Below are positions 1 through 10,300 of a stretch of DNA of 64,000 nucleotides, one piece after another. Position 1 is the stretch's first letter; the number at the start of each line of letters is the position of its first letter. The notes under the pieces were generated by a model that did not search any database, was not told the origin of the DNA, and worked only from the letters and a program-made list of their open reading frames with translations. The DNA is taken from positions 1 through 64,000 of the forward strand of contig CAZJVE010000004.1 of NCBI GenBank assembly GCA_964549685.1, written 5' to 3'. This stretch comes from an uncultured archaeon (GTDB lineage: Archaea; Altiarchaeota; Altiarchaeia; IMC4; QMZM01). A program made the position numbers and the translations under genes.

Positions 1-62
1 TTCTCAATCCTGGTTTCAATCTTTCCCATGTGGTCTTCCCACTCTGGCGCATGATGGGGCAT
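1..62 (-). CDS. 5' end of a gene running off the left edge (MPHHAPEWEDHMGKIETRIE...)
   Basis: ATG at 62 on minus strand, open to the window edge, divergent from cimA across an AT-rich promoter gap; too short to identify. Confidence 0.4.
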   Translation of the reverse strand, partial: MPHHAPEWEDHMGKIETRIE

Positions 63-118
63 TTTATACAGACTTATTAAAATATAGTCTAATATAGAAT
101 TTATAAGCTTTCCTGGAC

Positions 119-1597
119 ATGAAAACCCTAAAAATACTCGATACGACGCTTAGAGATGGAGAACAGACGCCTGGAGTGAGTCTTACTCCGGAGGAGAAGC
201 TTGAGATAGCGAGAGCCCTGGACGACTTCGGGGTTGATGTCATAGAGGCCGGCTCGGCAATGACAAGCCCCGGCGAGCAGGAGGGCATAAAGAGAGTGGC
301 CAATGAAGGCCTTAAGGCGGAGATTTCAAGCTACTGCAGGATTCTTCAGGCGGACATAGACACCGCCATGAAATGTGATGTTGATTCCATATTCCTGGTA
401 ACTCCCACCTCGAGGATGCACATAAAGTACAAGCTGGGCATTACAAGGGACGAGCTGCTCAAGAAGACTCTCGACTGCATAGACTACTGCAAGGACCATG
501 GCCTGATGGTCGATTTGTGTACAGAAGACGGCTCAAGGACGGAGCCGGAGTTCCTAGTCAAGCTCATGGAACAGGCAACCAAACACAAGATAGACCGGTA
601 CACGATAGCCGATACCGTCGGCACAGCAACACCTGAGAGGATGAGTGAGATATTCTTGAAGCTGAGCAAGAAGGCAAAGATTCCCCTGGGCGTTCACTGC
701 CATGACGACCTTGGCATGGCCACTGCCAATACCGTGGCATCGGTAAATGCAGGAGTATCCATGGTCAACGTTACGGTAAACGGCCTAGGCGAGAGGGCGG
801 GCAACGCCCCCCTGGAGGAGGTCATAATGGCCCTGAAGGAGGGTTACGGCTACAAGTTCAAGGTGAATACCAAGAAGATTTCAAAGCTGTCCAACCTTGT
901 TGAGAAGCTGTGCGGAATTCCTGTAGCTCCGAACAAGTCCATAGTCGGCGAGAATGCATTTACTCATGAGGCGGGAATCCACGTCGACGGAATACTCAAG
1001 AAGTCCGAGACTTACGAGGCAATAAACCCCGAATCGGTGGGGGCGAAGAGGCGGTTCGTCCTTGGAAAGCACGTCGGCATGAAATCCGTCAGAAAGCTGC
1101 TCGACGAGCAGGGAATCGAGGTCAATGACGGACAGGCGAAGGAGATATTCAAGCACATAAAGTTCATAGGCGACAAGGGCAAGAAGGTAACCAGCACGGA
1201 CCTGGAGGCGATAGCGAACTCCGTTAAGGGCGTCAAGGTCAAGAAGGCGATAGAGCTCGATGAACTGGTAGCAGTCGCGGGCAACAAATTCACACCGACA
1301 GCCTCGGTAAAGCTGAAGATTAACGGTAAGGAGGTTACGGAATCCTCGACAGGCACGGGGCCGGTGGATGCCGCGATAAAGGCCATAGAGCACGCAACGA
1401 GGGACTTCCCCTTCGAGCTTACTGAATACCACGTCGATTCCATCTCCGGCGGGACCGATGCACTGGTCCAGGTCATGGTCAAGCTCAAGTCCAGGGGCAG
1501 GATAATCACGGCCCAGGGTGCCGGAGCGGACATAGTCCTTGCCTCGGTTGATGCTCTTGTCAACGGAATCAACCTGATTATGAGAAAGACCGACTGA
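119..1597 (+). CDS. cimA: (R)-citramalate synthase (LeuA family)
   Basis: DTTLRDGEQ, HCHDD, GERAGN, HEAGIH motifs plus LeuA regulatory domain (GTGPVDA, GGTDAL); VDSIFLVTPTSRMHIKYKL resembles archaeal CimA rather than LeuA. Confidence 0.75.
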   Translation: MKTLKILDTTLRDGEQTPGVSLTPEEKLEIARALDDFGVDVIEAGSAMTSPGEQEGIKRVANEGLKAEISSYCRILQADIDTAMKCDVDSIFLVTPTSRMHIKYKLGITRDELLKKTLDCIDYCKDHGLMVDLCTEDGSRTEPEFLVKLMEQATKHKIDRYTIADTVGTATPERMSEIFLKLSKKAKIPLGVHCHDDLGMATANTVASVNAGVSMVNVTVNGLGERAGNAPLEEVIMALKEGYGYKFKVNTKKISKLSNLVEKLCGIPVAPNKSIVGENAFTHEAGIHVDGILKKSETYEAINPESVGAKRRFVLGKHVGMKSVRKLLDEQGIEVNDGQAKEIFKHIKFIGDKGKKVTSTDLEAIANSVKGVKVKKAIELDELVAVAGNKFTPTASVKLKINGKEVTESSTGTGPVDAAIKAIEHATRDFPFELTEYHVDSISGGTDALVQVMVKLKSRGRIITAQGAGADIVLASVDALVNGINLIMRKTD

Positions 1598-1598
1598 A

Positions 1599-2213
1599 AT
1601 GTCACTCGACAAAGCCAGTCAGGACCTCAAGTATCTTCTCGACAGGAATTACAAGAGGACTACTGCCCTCAATCTCGTTGTCAACAGGTACAAGCTCAGT
1701 GAAAAGAAACGCAATCTCCTCCACAGATATGTCTTTCCTGAAAAGGAAATCAGGGCGCACAGGAAGAAGCTGTGCCAGCCAGCCAAGATGCGGGGCAAAA
1801 AAGTTGTGGTCGACGGCTACAACGTCCTAATAACTGTTGAAGCAGTTCTGGAAGGCAAGGACACAGTCCTGGGCATGGACGGAATCCTCCGTGACGTAAA
1901 GGGAATTTTTTCCAAGTACAAGTTCGATAAAGACTCAAAGACTGCCATTGATGTAATCCTCAAGAAACTAAAGGAATACAACCCCTCCTCCGTTCTATTC
2001 ATCTTCGACTCCCAGATTTCCAGGAGCGGGGAGCTCGCTGCCTTCGTCCGGGAAAAACTGAGGGAGCACGGTCTGAAGGGAGACGCAACAACAAGCCCCC
2101 ACGCGGACAGGGATATAAAGAAGCACAACTGCATAACTCTGAGTTCTGATTCCATAATCATAGAAGCAGTGGACCGGATAATCGACCTCCCGTCAAAGAT
2201 ATCACGCCTTTAG
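1599..2213 (+). CDS. DUF434-family protein (PIN/NYN-like)
   Basis: DLKYLLDRNY...VNRYKL N-terminus, VDGYNVLIT, DGILRD, SRSGELA, SSDS motifs. Confidence 0.8.
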   Translation: MSLDKASQDLKYLLDRNYKRTTALNLVVNRYKLSEKKRNLLHRYVFPEKEIRAHRKKLCQPAKMRGKKVVVDGYNVLITVEAVLEGKDTVLGMDGILRDVKGIFSKYKFDKDSKTAIDVILKKLKEYNPSSVLFIFDSQISRSGELAAFVREKLREHGLKGDATTSPHADRDIKKHNCITLSSDSIIIEAVDRIIDLPSKISRL

Positions 2214-3293
2214 TATCCTCTGGAACCTTGCGACCTCGCTCAAATGCTCCGGCGTGATGTAGCCGATGACGTTCTTCCCGTCGACGACAAGAACGAATTC
2301 CTTTACCAGCAAATCTGTTACCGCGTCGTGCGCCAGAAGCTTTCCATCAATAACGTCTGGCTTCCTGGCAAATTTCTTTACGGGCTCGTCCAGGTTCTCC
2401 TGCCCCAATCCTCTTAAATCCTCCAGCCACAAGACGCTCACGATGGCCTTGTTGCCGTCAACAACAGGATAAAATTCCGCGCCCGGCTTGGCTGTCAGGG
2501 TCAGGAATTCTCTCAGAGTGAAATCTCCGTTTACATAGTACATGTGCGGGACCGCAATTTGTGCAACCGTAAGCCCTCCCAGCGAGTGCCTCAATCTAAC
2601 GACCTGGTACTCCTGCCCTCCGACGAGGAATATCAGCAGGCCAATGACCAGCAGCCACGGATTCCCGAAGAGACCAAGAACCACCATGGCAACAGCAATA
2701 ATTCTCCCGACATTCACAGCAATTCTCGTCGCCCTGGTGTAGTCTATGAACAGCGCAAGTATCGACCTGAATATCCTGCCGCCGTCCATCGGAAAAGCCG
2801 GGACAAGGTTGAAGAGACCGAGCATCATATTAATCCAGAGCAGCAGGACGAGGATTCCCTGGGTGCTGGAGACTAGCAGAGAGGGCTCCTCGAGGCCCTG
2901 CAGGATGGCCGGAATCTCCGCCAACGGAATCATGATGCTGAGCAGAAGAATGCAAAGGAAAGCAAGCATAAAATTGAAGAACGGCCCCGCAATCGACATC
3001 ATTAACTCGACAATCGGCTTCTCGGGAATCTCGATGCTGGCAACCCCACCTATGGGGAGGAGGATTATCCTCGTGACCTTTATCCCGCTCATAATTGCAA
3101 CAAGGGAGTGGGAGAGCTCGTGCATCACAACGACGGTGAAGATAAGGATGAAGAAAACAAGCGTCTGTATCCCTGAAACCAGGCCATCGCTCAGCCAGCC
3201 CCAGGCGAAGAAACCCGCGAGCAGAAGAAGAAACGTGATGTGCAGCTCAACAGATATACCAAAGACTTTCAGAATCTTGTAAGATGATTTCAT
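2202..3293 (-). CDS. Site-2 protease (peptidase M50) with C-terminal CBS domains
   Basis: HELSH zinc motif, AGP, FNLVPAFPMDGGR, multiple TM helices, CBS-like C-terminus. Confidence 0.9.
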   Translation of the reverse strand: MKSSYKILKVFGISVELHITFLLLLAGFFAWGWLSDGLVSGIQTLVFFILIFTVVVMHELSHSLVAIMSGIKVTRIILLPIGGVASIEIPEKPIVELMMSIAGPFFNFMLAFLCILLLSIMIPLAEIPAILQGLEEPSLLVSSTQGILVLLLWINMMLGLFNLVPAFPMDGGRIFRSILALFIDYTRATRIAVNVGRIIAVAMVVLGLFGNPWLLVIGLLIFLVGGQEYQVVRLRHSLGGLTVAQIAVPHMYYVNGDFTLREFLTLTAKPGAEFYPVVDGNKAIVSVLWLEDLRGLGQENLDEPVKKFARKPDVIDGKLLAHDAVTDLLVKEFVLVVDGKNVIGYITPEHLSEVARFQRILKA

Positions 3294-3296
3294 CTA

Positions 3297-3776
3297 TCAC
3301 CCTCTCTGCATGGCAGTAACCCCTGTCCTTGCTACTTCCTTTACTCCAACGTTCTTTACCAGCTGGATGAAGGCGTCAATCTTCTCCGAGCTTCCCGTAA
3401 CCTCAATAACCATCGAATCCGGGCTTACGTCAACCGCCCTGCCCCTGAAGACATCGGCATACTGAATGACCTGGGACTTGTCCTGCTCATTCGGCGTGTG
3501 CAGCTTTATCAGGCACAGTTCCCTGGATATGGCATCGTCCGTTGAGATGTCAGTGACCTTTATTACATTTACAAGTTTGTTCATCTGTTTCTCTATCTGC
3601 TCAAGCATCCTGTCATCGCCCTTCGTCAGGATGGTCATCCTCGCAATCTTCGGGTTGTCCGTAGGGCCGACGGTAATGCTCTCTATATTGAACTTCCTTC
3701 TCGTGAACATGGAAGCAACCCTCTGCAGAACTCCGGGTTTGTGCTCAACCAGCGCAGTGAAAATGTGCATTCTCAT
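3297..3776 (-). CDS. ilvN: Acetolactate synthase small (regulatory) subunit
   Basis: ACT domain VEHKPGVLQRV...RRKFNIESITVG, QIEKQMNKLVNV, EVARTG. Confidence 0.95.
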   Translation of the reverse strand: MRMHIFTALVEHKPGVLQRVASMFTRRKFNIESITVGPTDNPKIARMTILTKGDDRMLEQIEKQMNKLVNVIKVTDISTDDAISRELCLIKLHTPNEQDKSQVIQYADVFRGRAVDVSPDSMVIEVTGSSEKIDAFIQLVKNVGVKEVARTGVTAMQRG

Positions 3777-3815
3777 GGTATAACTTTATAGACAGGAGTT
3801 TTAAAATATGAGGGA

Positions 3816-3998
3816 TTAATCCTCACAGCCGGCAATCCTCTTTTTCCTCTCTAACACCCTTTTGAATTCCTCTATCTCTTTGTCATAGTATCTTTTAAGC
3901 TCTGGAGTTTTCGCCTTTGCACGCTTTTCCTCGTGCAGGGCAATCTGGTATTCAATGGATTCTATGCCCTTCCTTGCCCTCTTCTTTCGCTTTGCCAT
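3816..3998 (-). CDS. Small basic helical hypothetical protein (60 aa)
   Basis: Compact ORF overlapping the end of the upstream nucleotidyltransferase gene; charged helical composition. Confidence 0.65.
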   Translation of the reverse strand: MAKRKKRARKGIESIEYQIALHEEKRAKAKTPELKRYYDKEIEEFKRVLERKKRIAGCED

Positions 3999-4771
3999 TT
4001 TAGTTCTTTAGATACAATTTCATAAAGTAGCTCGACATCCTTTCTGGAGACATAATACTTCGGCATCTTCTTGTTGTCCCTGACTGCCCTATAGGTTGCA
4101 TAAATTCCTCTGTATCTACTCTGAAGAATTCCCTTACCCACAACGAAATCCTCGAATTTTGCATTTGAGTATCTCCTACCCTGCAGGTTGCACCTTATGA
4201 GATAGAGGCCCCTGAGTCTCAGTATCAAAGAGTACAGAATGGATGGGAAATCCTCCCTGCTTAAATCTTTTCTGTCCAGAAATTCCCCTACAATCGACAG
4301 CGCACTTATGGTGCTTTCATAGTATGTTTTAATACCCATCTCATTCGGTTTTATCCCTCTCAGTTCATTTAGGAGAACTCCGTTCATTATCGGAACAGCC
4401 TCCTTTACCATAGAATGGTAGCCCACCGGATCCTCGCTGACAAGCTCCTTTATCCTCTCATATTCAACAACCTCGATATCAAAACCATTCTCAGTAGACA
4501 GCTCTATCTTTCCATCTGTGACTAGAAGAACATCTATATCTGATTCCGGGGTTTCTTCCCCTCTCGCATAAGAGCCATATAGGTATATCCCCATAACCTT
4601 CTCCATATAGGGGGAAACCAACTGTAGGATGTTATCCTTTATGCTCAGCGGCCTGACTATGACTCTTTGACCAATCCAGTCTTTTGGGACATAGACGCTG
4701 CCTGAACCTCCCGATACCATCACCTTTTTCACAACTTGCTCATGACTTTCTAGATATTCTAAATTTTCCAT
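3962..4771 (-). CDS. DUF2080/AbrB-like domain + Pol-beta (MNT-type) nucleotidyltransferase + helical C-terminal domain
   Basis: N-terminal GGSGSVYVPKDWIGQRVIV; LYGSYARGE...SDIDVLLV nucleotidyltransferase signature. Confidence 0.8.
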   Translation of the reverse strand: MENLEYLESHEQVVKKVMVSGGSGSVYVPKDWIGQRVIVRPLSIKDNILQLVSPYMEKVMGIYLYGSYARGEETPESDIDVLLVTDGKIELSTENGFDIEVVEYERIKELVSEDPVGYHSMVKEAVPIMNGVLLNELRGIKPNEMGIKTYYESTISALSIVGEFLDRKDLSREDFPSILYSLILRLRGLYLIRCNLQGRRYSNAKFEDFVVGKGILQSRYRGIYATYRAVRDNKKMPKYYVSRKDVELLYEIVSKELKWQSERRGQGRA

Positions 4772-4829
4772 ATATTATATATATGTATTTTTAGTTTAAA
4801 AGGAGTTGGGTGCTGAGGAAGTCGTGCAG

Positions 4830-4845
4830 TGTAGTGCCTAACTTT
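4830..4845 (+). repeat. Motif TGTAGTGCCTAACTTT, copy 1 (forward)
   Basis: Exact reverse complement of 26967-26982; first 15 nt identical to 12301-12315. Confidence 0.9.
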
Positions 4846-4859
4846 CCCGAACTGGCTGG

Positions 4860-4879
4860 GAATTCTCGCTGCTTGGTGC
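4860..4879 (+). repeat. 20-bp element GAATTCTCGCTGCTTGGTGC
   Basis: 19/20 identical to 12266-12285. Confidence 0.9.
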
Positions 4880-4892
4880 TAGAGGCTTAATT

Positions 4893-4906
4893 TGTAGCGT
4901 CTAACT
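4893..4906 (+). repeat. Degenerate motif copy TGTAGCGTCTAACT
   Basis: 12/14 match to TGTAGTGCCTAACT. Confidence 0.75.
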
Positions 4907-4974
4907 ATCCACACGTATAGCTTCTGATTCATACCTGTTTTAAAGAAACGAATGTAATTCATTAGCGCGGTAGG

Positions 4975-4989
4975 GTAGTACCTGACTTT
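4975..4989 (+). repeat. Degenerate motif copy GTAGTACCTGACTTT
   Basis: 13/15 match to GTAGTGCCTAACTTT. Confidence 0.7.
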
Positions 4990-5032
4990 ATTAAATTTGT
5001 TCTACCCTGAAATTTCAGAAGAGGTGGTCTAA

Positions 5033-7207
5033 ATGAACAAAAAATCTATAACCTGGATATTGATATTTGCTTTAGTGGCTGTTGTTTTGTTTATGAACTT
5101 TGCATCTGCTCCCGCGCCGGTGAGCAAGGTCGAGATAAAGGACAAGCAGGACGAACACATCTTCGTCGTGCCTGGAACGCAGTTCTGCGTCGAGAGAACG
5201 CTGAGAAACAAAGATATAGATAATATAAGTCCTGTAATAGCGCCGTTATTCTCTGAAGGCGCTACGCTGGAGAGCATCGACGTGAAGAGAGTCACTGAAG
5301 AGCAATATATGGAAGACGTTGCTGACTGGGGGACATGCCAGCGGAAAGTCGATAAAGAATTCGATTATGGTGAAGCTGAGTGCGGTAGCCTTGGTTGCTC
5401 ATGGGTTACCGAGAATTTAACCTGCTTCTGCGAGGTTGATAATGATTATTCCTGCATCACAGGTTATCATCAGGAAGAAAAAGTTAGGGATATAGTAACC
5501 TACGAACCGGTCCTTGGAGGCCAATACAAGGACGGAGAAGACAGCAACGACGACGAATATACCGTCGAGATATTCAGAAGTGGTCTACCAGATGATGTAA
5601 GGGCTTTAGAAAACATCGGCTACTCGACCGAATTCGACCTGGAAGATGAAGCAACAATAAGAATGTGTTTCAGAGCGCCTCCGTGGGGTTCAGAGATTAA
5701 GTCAGGGAGAATCTCATATATGACCTTCTATGGGAATGGATATGACTATGAGAGTTCAACCTGGTTTGAGAACTATGCCTACCGGAGGAGCATAAATTGC
5801 GATAACATGACTGATGGGATCCTACTGATAATCAACGGCTCAAGTGGATTCCATAATCTCTCAGGAGACTGCGGCAACCAGTCGGTAATATCCTACTGCT
5901 CTGGAACGGGGACGGCGTTGTATTATAACGCTACTGTCAGTAATGAGTGCAAATATGTGGTGGCAAACGATGCTGGCGAACTATCCAGGCACGTATTCTT
6001 GGGTAACATGTCCGATTATACGCGTCAGAATGCTTATGACCAGATGAATACATCGGCAGCGTGGTATTTTACAAAAGTAGCCATAGATGATTCTACCGAC
6101 CACGGAGCAGACTGGATTGCTACTGACGGAGACCCATCCGTATCAGGTGATAGGGCAATTGGAAATGGCTCAATCCTATTTGATGGTGATGATAGGATAA
6201 ATGCGAGTAGTTCGACGAATATTTCAGCAATATCCGGGCGGCATTTTTCGATGGAATTATGGCTTAAACGCGGTTCGCAGATGGGGTTTATAGCAACCCA
6301 AGAAAGTGCCGACTATGCGTGTATTGGGGCCGTCTATCAGGTAAATGCTACAGCCATATGTTTCAGACGAGGTGATTGTTCTACAGCGGCTGCGGAAAAG
6401 ACAATATGCACAAGAATACCTGAGGGATGGTTTCACTTTGTGGCTGTTGATGATGGAACAAACTTCAAATTATATGTAAATGGAACATTGAATGCAACCT
6501 CAGCCGAAAGCCCAACTATTGCGAATAGTGGCCTGGGCTATGTATTTGGAATGGGGAGAGGCCACCCACAAGCGTATAATGGACATATCGGCATGGTAAG
6601 AATGTATGACTGGGTTCTAACAGCTGATCAGGTTAAGCAACTATATCAAAATATAGATGTAAACGGAACACCAGGTTACGGCGACCTGGGAGACGAGGAA
6701 ACCGCAGACCAGTCCCCCACCATATCGGCACCGACCATCCTGCCAGCAACAGTCTACACCGATAACAACGTGAATGCTTCTGCCACGCCGCTGGATGATG
6801 TAAATGATACTTTTATGGTGGAGTATAACTGGACGGTCAATAATGTCACTAAACTGCAGGGCAACGTTTCGGCGACCAACAATACAGCAGTGAATATCTC
6901 TGAGCTAGGGTATGGCAACTATTCCGTTGGAGATGTAATAAACTGCTCTGTCAGGGCCTTTGACGGGACGAACTGGGGCAATTGGAACTCCTCCGAGAAG
7001 ACGGTATCTGCTGTTCCAGCAGCAGACGACTTCGACAGCGGCGTAATAAGCACCGGGAACTTTACGATAAATCCCTTGGGCACCGTGCTGATAGTCGGGA
7101 ATTCAACGAATACTGTGAAGCTGCAGATGTACAGCTCCAACAGCAGCGTGTTCTGCTGCGGACCAGATAATGACGGAACGTGGAGCTGCAGTTCAGGCGC
7201 ATGTTGA
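5033..7207 (+). CDS. Secreted LamG/ConA-like lectin-domain surface protein
   Basis: Signal peptide; LamG pattern FSMELWLK...WFHFVAV.DG...KLYVNG...YNGHIGMVRMYDWVLT; Cys-rich ends; many N-x-S/T sequons. Confidence 0.8.
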   Translation: MNKKSITWILIFALVAVVLFMNFASAPAPVSKVEIKDKQDEHIFVVPGTQFCVERTLRNKDIDNISPVIAPLFSEGATLESIDVKRVTEEQYMEDVADWGTCQRKVDKEFDYGEAECGSLGCSWVTENLTCFCEVDNDYSCITGYHQEEKVRDIVTYEPVLGGQYKDGEDSNDDEYTVEIFRSGLPDDVRALENIGYSTEFDLEDEATIRMCFRAPPWGSEIKSGRISYMTFYGNGYDYESSTWFENYAYRRSINCDNMTDGILLIINGSSGFHNLSGDCGNQSVISYCSGTGTALYYNATVSNECKYVVANDAGELSRHVFLGNMSDYTRQNAYDQMNTSAAWYFTKVAIDDSTDHGADWIATDGDPSVSGDRAIGNGSILFDGDDRINASSSTNISAISGRHFSMELWLKRGSQMGFIATQESADYACIGAVYQVNATAICFRRGDCSTAAAEKTICTRIPEGWFHFVAVDDGTNFKLYVNGTLNATSAESPTIANSGLGYVFGMGRGHPQAYNGHIGMVRMYDWVLTADQVKQLYQNIDVNGTPGYGDLGDEETADQSPTISAPTILPATVYTDNNVNASATPLDDVNDTFMVEYNWTVNNVTKLQGNVSATNNTAVNISELGYGNYSVGDVINCSVRAFDGTNWGNWNSSEKTVSAVPAADDFDSGVISTGNFTINPLGTVLIVGNSTNTVKLQMYSSNSSVFCCGPDNDGTWSCSSGAC

Positions 7208-7371
7208 TGGGGTACCTAAATTGAGGACAATGACCACGAGAGCGATTTGGTTGGTTTGCATGCTAGTGGTATGTTTTATACATCCTGTTGACGTCGAGAT
7301 CAGGGATGAATTACTGACAATGGCTTTAATTTCAAATGGCTCTACGCAGGCCATAAATTTTTGATGGGAAG

Positions 7372-10300
7372 ATGAAAAAGATAATTATCTTGCTAGGGAT
7401 GCTGGCTCTGATTATGGGGGCAGAAGCTGTTAGCTATGAAACTGTGGGTTATGGAAAAACCATCCCACTCTGCGATGGATGCTCTTTCATTAGCGGAGGC
7501 GACTATTATTTCATGTATGTTGACAACGGTGGAGACGTTATTGTGAATAAAAGATTGGGCCCCGGTTCCTATGATCTGGTAAAGATGATGAAAAACATCG
7601 GGCACGTCAATAATACCATCAGAGCGGATATGTGGATTGAATCGGGGAGGTTTCATGTCTGTATAATGGACAATTCTTCCGGCACGTCTAGGCTATACTA
7701 TAGAGGTTATGAAACTGGAGTGAGTGATGTGGAGGTTGCGAATATCTCCTCTGAGATATGTAAGATTGTTGAGGGCCTAGATGGGCATCCTCATATTTTT
7801 GTGGGACAGACGGAATACAGATGGAACGGCAGCGCATGGGCTTCATCATCAGTCTTGAATAGAGGTATCGGAGACATCATAGTAAATGGTTCCCATTATC
7901 TAGCTTTAACTTCCTACAGTTCCGCGCCCACATACTCCTATGGAGAATTTGAATCCAGAACCTCTGATTCGGGGGCGTTTACCACAAAAATATCTCCTTC
8001 GTCAAGCGTAGGGGCAATGAGTTCGACTGTAAGGCAAATAGGAGCTACCATATATGCTTCAGGGGGCTTTTGTATAGGTGGGGCCGGATATTATAGCACA
8101 GCCATTTACAACAAATCTAACTGGATTAATTCAACCTATCTAGATATTTATGGTGGTGGAAGTAACTGCAATCTTCATATAGAGGATAATGCTTTAATCT
8201 TTGTGAATAACTCCTTCCATCTCTTTGCAAGCTATGTCTTGAGCGATGACATCAATGAGTCTATTACTCCAGATTACAATACTACCTTTACCGAGGCGAC
8301 GGCCGTCTCCTCTCCATACTCCAAATACTTTTCTGCCGATGGAGGGGCTTATGGTTATCTGCTTTATAACCATAACGAGAGCTTTTCCTCCGTAGTCGCA
8401 ATCAGGCTCCAAGCCTACACCTATAATCTTTCCGGCTACGTAAGGAACGTCTTCAGCAGCCAGGTAATAGCTAATGCAAACGTATCCCTAAACTTCAGTT
8501 CCGAAAACCACTCAACCATATCAGACAGCTCCGGCTACTACTTCTTCCAGGAACTGAGTGATATGTACAGCTACACGGTCTCAAAGGCAAACTACTCCAA
8601 CTCCACAGGAACCATCATCGTCACGGGCACGAGCCATGATTTCTATCTCACACCGCTCATCCCGGACCTGTTTATAAATTCATCCTATATTGCAGTCGGG
8701 CCCGAATTCCCCCTAGTAGAACAGAACATCACCATAAACTTCACGGTCAGGAACGTCGGAGCCAACGCGACGGGTGTGGTTCTCGAGGTCTTCGACAATA
8801 ATGTCTCTATCGAGAATTTAACCTTCGGAAATCTCTCGATGAACGAGTCGAAGACGATGAATATTACGAGGAATTACTCGGCGGTTGGATTTCATGAGAT
8901 TCTGGCGGTGGTTGATCCTGATGATGCTGTGAGTGAGGTGGATGAGACGAATAACAATGCCACAGCGTGGGTGAATGTTGGAGAGAGATACTGGAATTGT
9001 GAGTATAGGACCGAGCATTTCATAATCAACCATTGCAGTTATGAGTATTTTATCTTTCCTACTGGCACGACTGTGGACCCTACTGACGATAATAATAACA
9101 ATGTGCCTGATTTTGTGGAGAAGATGGGAGATTTTTTCGAGAAGGTTTATACTTATGAGGTTACTGAACTGGATTATTTGCCTGCAGGTGACTCATATGA
9201 CAACGAGATGTATGGCTATCACGTGCAACTAATGGATATAGGTTCAGATTATGGTTTTGTCCCCCCTGCTTTAGTCAAACTACCAGGAGTCACTGGTTCC
9301 ACTATACAAATAAATTCAGAACTATCATTTCATAATCTGCCGGACGCAGATACTAACGCTGATGGCATAATAGATGATACATTTCTTTTGAGCAATGCCG
9401 GCCACGAATATTATCATGGCATACAAATCAGATACTTGGATATACTATGTTTCAGTAACACATTAAGTAATAATGAAAACCTCTGGGTTATGGAAGGTTC
9501 TCCCGCTTGGATGGAGTATAAGATAGCTAGAAAATATTACCCCTCAATCGTCAAAGACGAAAGTGATGAACTGGTGTTTTTTTATAAAAGGATTGACCGG
9601 TTTATAGGGAATATATATGAAACTTTAAAGCAACAGAGCGATCATAGAAAGTATGATGCTGCTTTATTTTGGTGGTTTTTGGAAAACTATAAGGATTTAG
9701 ACACTGTTAAGTCATTTTGGAGCAGTTTAGACCAGACATGTGGTATTTGGCGACAAGGAGGGGATCCAATATCAGCAATAGAAGACGCAACGGGAGAGGA
9801 CTTCAACGACATCTTCAAGACATTTGCAAAGGCCAATTACTTTAGAGATAGTTGGTATCCTGATGATATTCAATATGCAAGAAACACGCCATTTACATCG
9901 ATAAATCTTGAAAATAATAACTCTCGAGAAATTCCTGTTACATCTGGTGGTATTGATGCTATGGGAGAATACGGAGCATTTTATTTCAAAATAACAGATA
10001 TTCCAGCTAACAGTAACACTAGCATAATCTTCGAGAGCACAACGCCGGGAGAGAACTACTTCATAAGCATCTTTCTGGCAGGTGTTGAAGATCAAGGCGA
10101 AACCCACAATGCTTCAGAGGGCTATTCAAAAATACTAAATTCCAGCGAAAGCGAAGGTACTGTCGTAATTGTGGGTCGGCTGGGTGATGACACGGGAGAT
10201 GGAGACTACAAAATAACTTTCAGAGACATAAGCCCTAATAACCCAGAAACAAATCCAGAGATAAAACCTAACGAAACTATAAACGATACTAAAACCATTG

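Noticed and set aside
4830-4990. CRISPR mini-array
   Set aside because: Repeats too short (14-16 bp), degenerate and irregularly spaced; no cas genes
7170-7364. 64-aa ORF between the LamG and gluzincin genes
   Set aside because: Overlaps the upstream gene end, spans a repeat copy, no recognisable features
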